Source of the DNA: an uncultured virus (IMG/VR IMGVR_UViG_3300042197_001981)
Lineage: Duplodnaviria > Heunggongvirae > Uroviricota > Caudoviricetes
Reading direction: 5' to 3' (one strand)
DNA: 20,000 nucleotides
Virus record (IMG/VR): IMGVR_UViG_3300042197_001981
How positions within the stretch are numbered: the first letter of the stretch is position 1; each line of letters opens with the position of its first letter. Below are positions 13,847 to 20,000 of this stretch, piece by piece. The position numbers were made by a program, and so were the translations under genes. Under the pieces are notes generated by a model, which had not been told where the DNA came from, ran no database searches, and was given only the letters and a program-made list of their open reading frames with translations.

Positions 13847-15589
13847 ATGAAAACTTACGCCGTTGACTTTGAAACTTACTACGACAATGAATGCTCGGTC
13901 CGAAAGCTAGGCAACCGAGGTTACTTTAGCCACTACGACTTCGAGGCATACTTGGTCACGGTCGTTAGCCCCGATGGATTTAGCTTCGCAGGTGACCCAC
14001 GCGAATTTGACTGGTCTATGTTGACAGGCAACCGCGTACTGTCACACAACGCATCTTTCGACGAATCGCTGTACCTGTACGGTGTCGAACAAAACTGGTG
14101 GCCTGCTTGTAGCCCAGCAGAATGGCACTGCACCGCTGACCTAGCCGCCTATGCCGGATTGCCGCGAAACCTAAAGGGTGCGGCCCAAGAGGCCCTTGGA
14201 GTTGAGCTCAGCAAGGATACCCGGGACAAGATGAAAGGCAAACGGTGGGCCAGTATGGATCCAGAGTTCCAACAGGAAGTTCTGGCGTACGCTACCAAGG
14301 ACGCCGAGCTGTGCCTTCAACTATGGGAGAAACTTAGCCCCGAGTGGCCGCAGGCGGAACGCGAGCATAGTGTTCTGACCCGAAAAATTTGCAGACACGG
14401 CATCCCGGTGGATGAGGGCCTAATCAAAACCAACGCCGAGAAACTTCGGGTCGCGCTTTGGGAAGCCGAGCAAAGCATCCCGTGGCGTGACACCGGTGCG
14501 CTGCTGAGCCGCAAGGAGTCCAACTTGGCCTGCAGGGCCGCAGGGATCCAACCACCCAAAAGTTGGGCCATGGGTGACCCAGAGTGCGAAGAGTGGCTGG
14601 ACAAGTACGCGGAAAAGTTCCCGTGGGTCTATGCGGTACGCAACTGGCGGCGCATGAACAGCCTACTGAAAAAAGTCGAGGCGTTCGACGCGGGTACTGT
14701 GGACGGCCGCTACTACGGTGGTCTTATGTACTGGGGCGCCCACACCGGGCGCTGGTCCGGTAGCGGCGGCAACCTCAATTTGCAAAACCTTCCGCGGGGC
14801 GACATGTTCGGCGTGAACCTACGCGAGCAAATTCGGTGTGCGGACGATAAGCGGCTGGTCATCGTAGACCTTAGCCAGATCGAGGTCCGCACACTTTGTT
14901 GGCTGGCCGAGGACCACGAAACACTAGCCGAGATTGCGGCGTCAGACGACATCTACGAAGCGTTCGCCGTCCGATTCGAGCTGTGGTCCAAAGACCAAGG
15001 CAGTTTGAAAGCGAACGACGCCGCCCTGCGCCACAAGGTCAAGGGCATGGTATTGGGTTGCGGCTACGGCGCCTCAGCGAAAAAATACCAGCTCATCATG
15101 GACGTACCGCAGGAAGAAGCCGAGGCGGCGGTCTCGCTGTACCAACAAAAGATGAGCAAGGTCCGCGCCCTGTGGCGCAAGTACAGGCGGCTTACAGAAA
15201 CGGCCAAGGAAGGTAATGACCTAAGTATTGACCTGCCGAGCGGGAACAAGATCACGTACCGAAACATTTGTAGGAACACCGAGGCCGTGAACTGCATGGT
15301 CGTCAAGAACGGAAAGAACATTTTGGTGCGCCCGTGGTACGGGATGATTACCGAAAACGTCAGTCAGAAGCTCGCCCGGGATATTTTTGCCCACCAGCTG
15401 AAAAAATTAGATGACGCCGGGCACAAAATTATTTTGCATGTCCACGACGAAGTGGTTATTGAAGCGCCTGCGGCGGACGCCGAAAGAACTTTGGCCGACG
15501 CCTTGAAAATCATGTGCACCCCACCAGACTGGATTCCAGACATCCCGTTGTCAGCGGACGGACAAATCTCACAATACTACACAAAATGA
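13847..15589 (+). CDS. polA: Phage family A DNA polymerase with 3'-5' exonuclease
   Basis: Start ATG 13847. ExoI VDFET, ExoII HNASFD, ExoIII YATKDA, HTGRWSG, NLQNLPR, motif A DLSQIEVR, motif B RHKVKGMVLGCGYG, motif C HVHDEVV. Confidence 0.95.
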   Translation: MKTYAVDFETYYDNECSVRKLGNRGYFSHYDFEAYLVTVVSPDGFSFAGDPREFDWSMLTGNRVLSHNASFDESLYLYGVEQNWWPACSPAEWHCTADLAAYAGLPRNLKGAAQEALGVELSKDTRDKMKGKRWASMDPEFQQEVLAYATKDAELCLQLWEKLSPEWPQAEREHSVLTRKICRHGIPVDEGLIKTNAEKLRVALWEAEQSIPWRDTGALLSRKESNLACRAAGIQPPKSWAMGDPECEEWLDKYAEKFPWVYAVRNWRRMNSLLKKVEAFDAGTVDGRYYGGLMYWGAHTGRWSGSGGNLNLQNLPRGDMFGVNLREQIRCADDKRLVIVDLSQIEVRTLCWLAEDHETLAEIAASDDIYEAFAVRFELWSKDQGSLKANDAALRHKVKGMVLGCGYGASAKKYQLIMDVPQEEAEAAVSLYQQKMSKVRALWRKYRRLTETAKEGNDLSIDLPSGNKITYRNICRNTEAVNCMVVKNGKNILVRPWYGMITENVSQKLARDIFAHQLKKLDDAGHKIILHVHDEVVIEAPAADAERTLADALKIMCTPPDWIPDIPLSADGQISQYYTK

Positions 15590-17715
15590 AATACTCAGCC
15601 CTAAAGAACCTACGCGCAAAAGACACGTTTCCTTTTGACCCAGCCAACTGGGCTGGTATTTACCCAGCTACCGTCGACAGTAAATCCAAGATAAGAGCTT
15701 GGTCTCAAGAACTGTCAACCAACCACGCGTTTGTGAGCGGGGTCGAAGGAGCTAACGCCTCGCTGCGCATTAACGGCGACAACCCACCTCACAAGATCCA
15801 CGCGTTAGTGTTGGACTACGACACCCCAGTGGATTGGTCCACGCTCGAGCAGCATCTCGACAAACGATTGGCCGGGGCCCCAAAGCCGACTTGGGCAGCT
15901 GAAACTTGGAGCGGCAACTTGCGTATGATCTGGGAACTCGATAGCCCGCTGACGGTCACCGACCGCACCGCGGCTGGTGTTTTGGGTGAGTTGGCCAAAC
16001 TCGTGAACGCTCCAAAATTGCACCCCGGGCTAGACAGCACCAGCCTGAATCCAAGCCAATACTTCGACGCCGGCCGCGCATGGCGGCCCCTTGGTGGCTC
16101 GATTAAACTTGAACAGGGTGTCGAGGTCGCCTACAAGGTTGGCTCCGGGGCCGTGGCCGAAAGCGAATCCGATATTCCGTTTGAGGACATCGCCGCCGAA
16201 GTTGAGCGTAGGTGGCCCGGGCGGTGGGGTAAAGAGTTCGCCGTGGGCATCCGGGGCCCTCTTTTTTGGATCGACGATGGCATCGACCGGGAAGGGGCCG
16301 TCATTCGCGAAGAAGGCATGATCTGCTACAGTGACCGGGCTGGTGCGCCGTTCGTCAGCTGGGGTGAAATCTTAGGCTCTGATTTCGTCAAGAAGTACCA
16401 GACCAAGAAGATCGCCGACGGCGTCAAAGACATCTACTTTGACGGCCGCGACTTTTGGATTGTCAACCCGACAGGGAGCGTGCGCCACAACCGAGAAAAC
16501 ATCATACTGCACCTGCGCATGTGCGGATTCGGCTCAGATCGCAAAAGGGGCGCTAAGGTTTCGGAGCTCGACGCAGCTATGCATTACATTGTAACTACAA
16601 ACCGAGTTGATGGGTCTGGTCCGTATCTGTTCCGCAAAGAACTTATTGTCAACGACGGCGGCCTTCGTATGGTGAACACCAGCCGCTGTAAGGCCATGGA
16701 TCCCGCTGCAGATGGTGACCCGCAGCACTGGCCGTGGCTCAATAACTTCTTCAGCCAGTTGTTTGATCCTGTGGCTGATGAGCTGGGGTGTATGCCGCTT
16801 GACTTCTGGTACTCGTGGCTGGCTCGGGCCTACAAAGCCTCGTACTCCAAAGAAGAAAAGAGCGGTCAGGCGGTCATTATTGCCGGCCCGCAGGGGCGCG
16901 GCAAGACGCTGCTATCGCAGTTCATCGTCGGTAAACTGCTAGGCGGGGCGGCGGACGCCAGCGGGTTCTTGTGTGCAAAGACGCCGTTCAACAAGGCGCT
17001 CAGTGAGGTCCCCGTGTGGTCAGTGGACGACGCCGTGGCTAGCAGCAACTTTGCCGACCATCGAAAGTTCGTCGAGGTTCTGAAGAAGCTAGTGGCTAAC
17101 CCTAGGATTCAGGTCGAGGCCAAATTCCAAGACCGTACCGACATACCGTGGTTTGGCCGGGCGATCGTTACCCTGAACGAGGACTCGAACAGCATGAGCA
17201 TGATTCCTAGCCTAGAGTCTAGCAACCGGGACAAGCTCATGGCGTTCAAGATCAACGAAAACTCGTTTCAGAATTTCTTACCAAACGATCAGCAAGAACG
17301 ATTGATCCTGCGGGAACTCCCACATTTCGCTCGGTGGCTGCTGGAATACACACCGAACCCGGCAGTGGTTGGGTCGCCTCGGTACGGGGTGCGAAGTTAC
17401 TTCCACCCGATAGTTGAGAACAGCGCCCGCGATAGTAGCTCCAGACAAGGGGCGAGCGAACTGTTAGATATTTTCTTGCGGTACTACTCGAACACTAACC
17501 CGAACGAAGAATTTTGGACCGGTACCACCACCCAGCTCATGGTCGAGATCCAGCGACTAGAAGAGCTCCGTGGGTTCGCAGTGCTCAAGGAGCCCATAAG
17601 GTTCCAGCGTGATCTAAGTAGCGCTGAGGAATACTACAAGGCGAACCCCGGGGCTCGTCGCATCACCAGCGAAAGCACAGGTCATGGAAGGATATGGACA
17701 ATCCAGATCAAATGA
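15586..17715 (+). CDS. Primase-helicase (N-terminal primase-like domain, C-terminal DUF5906-type P-loop NTPase)
   Basis: ATGA overlap with the polymerase. N-terminal LVLDYD and ETWSGNLR; Walker A GPQGRGKT, FNKAL, Walker B WSVDDA, LKKLVAN...EAKF, VTLN. Confidence 0.8.
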   Translation: MKYSALKNLRAKDTFPFDPANWAGIYPATVDSKSKIRAWSQELSTNHAFVSGVEGANASLRINGDNPPHKIHALVLDYDTPVDWSTLEQHLDKRLAGAPKPTWAAETWSGNLRMIWELDSPLTVTDRTAAGVLGELAKLVNAPKLHPGLDSTSLNPSQYFDAGRAWRPLGGSIKLEQGVEVAYKVGSGAVAESESDIPFEDIAAEVERRWPGRWGKEFAVGIRGPLFWIDDGIDREGAVIREEGMICYSDRAGAPFVSWGEILGSDFVKKYQTKKIADGVKDIYFDGRDFWIVNPTGSVRHNRENIILHLRMCGFGSDRKRGAKVSELDAAMHYIVTTNRVDGSGPYLFRKELIVNDGGLRMVNTSRCKAMDPAADGDPQHWPWLNNFFSQLFDPVADELGCMPLDFWYSWLARAYKASYSKEEKSGQAVIIAGPQGRGKTLLSQFIVGKLLGGAADASGFLCAKTPFNKALSEVPVWSVDDAVASSNFADHRKFVEVLKKLVANPRIQVEAKFQDRTDIPWFGRAIVTLNEDSNSMSMIPSLESSNRDKLMAFKINENSFQNFLPNDQQERLILRELPHFARWLLEYTPNPAVVGSPRYGVRSYFHPIVENSARDSSSRQGASELLDIFLRYYSNTNPNEEFWTGTTTQLMVEIQRLEELRGFAVLKEPIRFQRDLSSAEEYYKANPGARRITSESTGHGRIWTIQIK

Positions 17716-17948
17716 CCTTCGTGCTGGACGCTGGCCAGTTCCGGGCGGTGCTTACGGTGCCGGAACCCGGAGCGTTCGATTTGGACTTTTGGGGAGAACC
17801 ACTATCCATAGACCCCGGGGCGTACGCCGACTGGTGTGCTGACTCTGCGGCGCAACTGTACGCCGAAGATGACCACTGCATGTACGACCCGTATGAGTTG
17901 GTCGACGCACTGTTGGGCTACTTTTTCAAAGTAACCTCAGGTCAATAG
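17712..17948 (+). CDS. Small acidic hypothetical protein
   Basis: ATGA overlap at 17712; last plus-strand gene, with a 7-nt convergent overlap with 17942..18877. Confidence 0.55.
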   Translation: MTFVLDAGQFRAVLTVPEPGAFDLDFWGEPLSIDPGAYADWCADSAAQLYAEDDHCMYDPYELVDALLGYFFKVTSGQ

Positions 17949-18877
17949 TGACCCCGTACAGGACGTACGCTGTCGCCGTACAGCTGCAGGTCCAGCGACG
18001 GGCGGGCTGGGCCGCGGTACTGGTCGAGGTTCTCGTCCAACAACAACCGGCACTTGTCCCAGTGAATCTGGGCCCGCTCTAAGTCGGCGTTATCTTCAGC
18101 GAGCACCGCCAGCAAAGCGTGTTTCAGGGCGCCGGTGTGGCTGATGTACACCAAATCGTTGTCGCCAGCCACCGGCAAGAACCGGCGTTTGCACAGCACA
18201 TGAGCGTAGGTGCCGGCCTGCGCCTTAGGCACGCGGTACCGGCGGAACCGTGCTACTCCGTTGCCGGGGCCAACGGTGGCCACGGTCGTTTCTGGGTCGG
18301 CGGCAGTCGTCCGCAGGTCGTAAACGCCCTGTAGCTGTTCAAACCTAATGGCGTCCACAACGTCGACCGCAGGAGAAAATTGTACCTCAGCGGTGCCGGG
18401 GCCGGTGTTAGCGGCTAGGTCGGAATAAACCTGCGATCCGTCGTTCGTCAAAACTTCGATCAGGGCACCGTCGTCGGGATCGAACGTCGCGCCGGTTGGG
18501 TAACCGGCCGCAGCTACCACATGCAGGGTAGCGGTGTTCTCTGGTATGTCCTGCAACACCGGACGGTACCCGTCGTCGATCAAGCCGTACTGAAGCAAAG
18601 CATCGGTGTCGAACCCGGTAGCCCGATAGTCGTGCCACAGCGAACGCACGGTAGCTGGTTGGTTATCAACCACTGCGTACAGCACCGTGTCGCCTTGTGG
18701 TGGGAGTGTAAAGTACCCATCGGCGCAGTTGAAGCTACCTTCAATGGTAAGGTCCCGCCATACCCCCATGCCGTAAATGGCCTCGAGGGCTTGGTTCAGG
18801 GCTGGGGCAAAAGACTGCCCGGGGGCAATGTATTGACCCAAAACCTGACTCAGTTGACCTAGGGTTGTAGCGTGCAT
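17942..18877 (-). CDS. Putative virion structural protein (head-tail adaptor / tail tubular-like)
   Basis: 311 aa with helical N- and C-termini (ALNQALEAIY; ALKHALLAVLAEDNADLERAQIHW) around a beta-rich core with YFTLP, as in phage adaptor proteins. Inference. Confidence 0.55.
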   Translation of the reverse strand: MHATTLGQLSQVLGQYIAPGQSFAPALNQALEAIYGMGVWRDLTIEGSFNCADGYFTLPPQGDTVLYAVVDNQPATVRSLWHDYRATGFDTDALLQYGLIDDGYRPVLQDIPENTATLHVVAAAGYPTGATFDPDDGALIEVLTNDGSQVYSDLAANTGPGTAEVQFSPAVDVVDAIRFEQLQGVYDLRTTAADPETTVATVGPGNGVARFRRYRVPKAQAGTYAHVLCKRRFLPVAGDNDLVYISHTGALKHALLAVLAEDNADLERAQIHWDKCRLLLDENLDQYRGPARPSLDLQLYGDSVRPVRGHY

Positions 18878-19137
18878 TACATCAATTTATTTTTAAGTTC
18901 AGCCAACAAATTCTCGTAGTTTATTTTTTGAATACCTTCTTGAATGAGTTTATCGCAGATCATTTTTGGCCATTTTTCAAAGTTTTTCTTTTCTAGGCCA
19001 AGAAGATTTCCACTTTTAGACACGGCCAAATCGTAACCGTCTAAATCATTAGCAAGTTTGATTGTAACTTCTGCGGTGTATTGGATGCCCTTATACGAGA
19101 AATTGTACTCTAGCTCGGATTGTACTTGGAAGCTCAT
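18877..19137 (-). CDS. Hypothetical protein (AT-rich)
   Basis: 86-aa ORF with TAATG overlaps at both ends. Confidence 0.65.
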   Translation of the reverse strand: MSFQVQSELEYNFSYKGIQYTAEVTIKLANDLDGYDLAVSKSGNLLGLEKKNFEKWPKMICDKLIQEGIQKINYENLLAELKNKLM

Positions 19138-19262
19138 TATTTTTTAATGGTTACTTTTTTAGTGTGAAGCTCGCGTTTTAGTTTTTCTTGTTGGCTTGCC
19201 TTTAGCGGACTAACCTTGGACAAAAGATACGCAACTTGCTTTTTAGTTTTGGTCTGTGGCAT
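19137..19262 (-). CDS. 41-aa basic conserved phage protein
   Basis: Read by hand: MPQTKTKKQVAYLLSKVSPLKASQQEKLKRELHTKKVTIKK*; TAATG overlap with the downstream gene. Confidence 0.7.
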   Translation of the reverse strand: MPQTKTKKQVAYLLSKVSPLKASQQEKLKRELHTKKVTIKK

Positions 19263-19294
19263 GAGATTATTCGTATGTTATTTTCGTACAGTTG

Positions 19295-19522
19295 TCAAGG
19301 TCCTAGGTAGCCTCCACTTTGTGGCTGCTCGATTGTAATTTCTGTAACATTGGTAGTTTTTTTGTATGCTGGATCATCTTTTAGGGTTCTTCGTTTTGTG
19401 ACGTCAGAGTATTCCCTAGGGGCCGCCTCCGACGGTCTAGCAGACCCAGCTCTATCACCCAACACTTTTTCAGCAAAAGACGCTAAGTCTGCTTTCATCT
19501 GATCTATGGTCGACTGTTCCAT
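19295..19522 (-). CDS. Hypothetical protein
   Basis: 75-aa ORF with a TAATG overlap with the upstream gene. Confidence 0.6.
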   Translation of the reverse strand: MEQSTIDQMKADLASFAEKVLGDRAGSARPSEAAPREYSDVTKRRTLKDDPAYKKTTNVTEITIEQPQSGGYLGP

Positions 19523-20000
19523 TATGTTGAAAGATTGGCAGCATCAAAAACAACGGCAAAACATCTTACGTAACCCCACTTATAGGGCTCGACTCTGGAC
19601 TGCAACATGTAAAGTCCTTCGTTTGGTATTGCTGCAGGGGTAGTGGCAGATAGTGATTTAGGTTCTACAGTCCCAACTACAGGAGCCGATACATCATTGT
19701 ATTTATATGCTGCTATAGCTGCATCCCATGTATTATTCGGTTCTGTCTGAAAAGAAAGCTGTGTAGTACTGGCGCGTACGGTTTCTGTTTTGTCTGTCAC
19801 TGCCACTAACTGGCCGACACTTGTTTTTTCAAAAAATGGTATATTACCGTGAATTACAGGTTGTATGGCTAAAGAGTCTGTAATAAGTTGTGAGTCAACA
19901 TCATTACTTTTGCTTAGCGTTAATTCTCTTACAATGCCATCAAAAGAAACAGAACTTCTATAAGACATTGTATATTTAGCCGTCGCTGATTTTTTTGAGC
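19522..20000 (-). CDS. Putative virion/tail protein, C-terminal part (5' end probably outside the window)
   Basis: The frame is open from the window edge through ATG 19968 to the stop at 19522; S/T/V-rich beta-type sequence in the structural-strand block. Confidence 0.55.
   Translation of the reverse strand, partial: SKKSATAKYTMSYRSSVSFDGIVRELTLSKSNDVDSQLITDSLAIQPVIHGNIPFFEKTSVGQLVAVTDKTETVRASTTQLSFQTEPNNTWDAAIAAYKYNDVSAPVVGTVEPKSLSATTPAAIPNEGLYMLQSRVEPYKWGYVRCFAVVFDAANLST

Noticed and set aside
6575..15589. Calling this a Z-genome (2-aminoadenine) phage
   Set aside because: No purZ is in the window; DUF5664 plus PolA alone is insufficient.

Overview
This window is a fragment of a tailed dsDNA bacteriophage genome (or prophage). 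Minus-strand genes lie at both ends: a terminase large subunit and putative virion proteins on the left, and putative head-tail/tail proteins on the right. They flank one tightly packed plus-strand block (about 3.3-17.9 kb). That block carries an HTH protein (likely terminase small subunit), a RuvC-like resolvase, an RlpA-like lytic transglycosylase, an ACP-like protein, a glycosyltransferase, a DUF5664 dATP/dGTP diphosphohydrolase, many small hypothetical genes, and a replication module (SNF2-type helicase, DUF2800/Cas4-like nuclease, putative SSB, family A DNA polymerase, primase-helicase). The most striking feature is a 349-aa intein inserted just after the helicase DEVH motif. It has no in-frame endonuclease; instead a complete Zn-finger plus Vsr/DUF559-like endonuclease is encoded inside it in the +1 frame, and both frames stay open. 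The endonuclease stop overlaps an ATG that opens the intein C-terminal segment. Three same-topology H-type RNA pseudoknots precede the SSB and DNA polymerase genes. All family assignments come from motif recognition by eye; no database searches were run.
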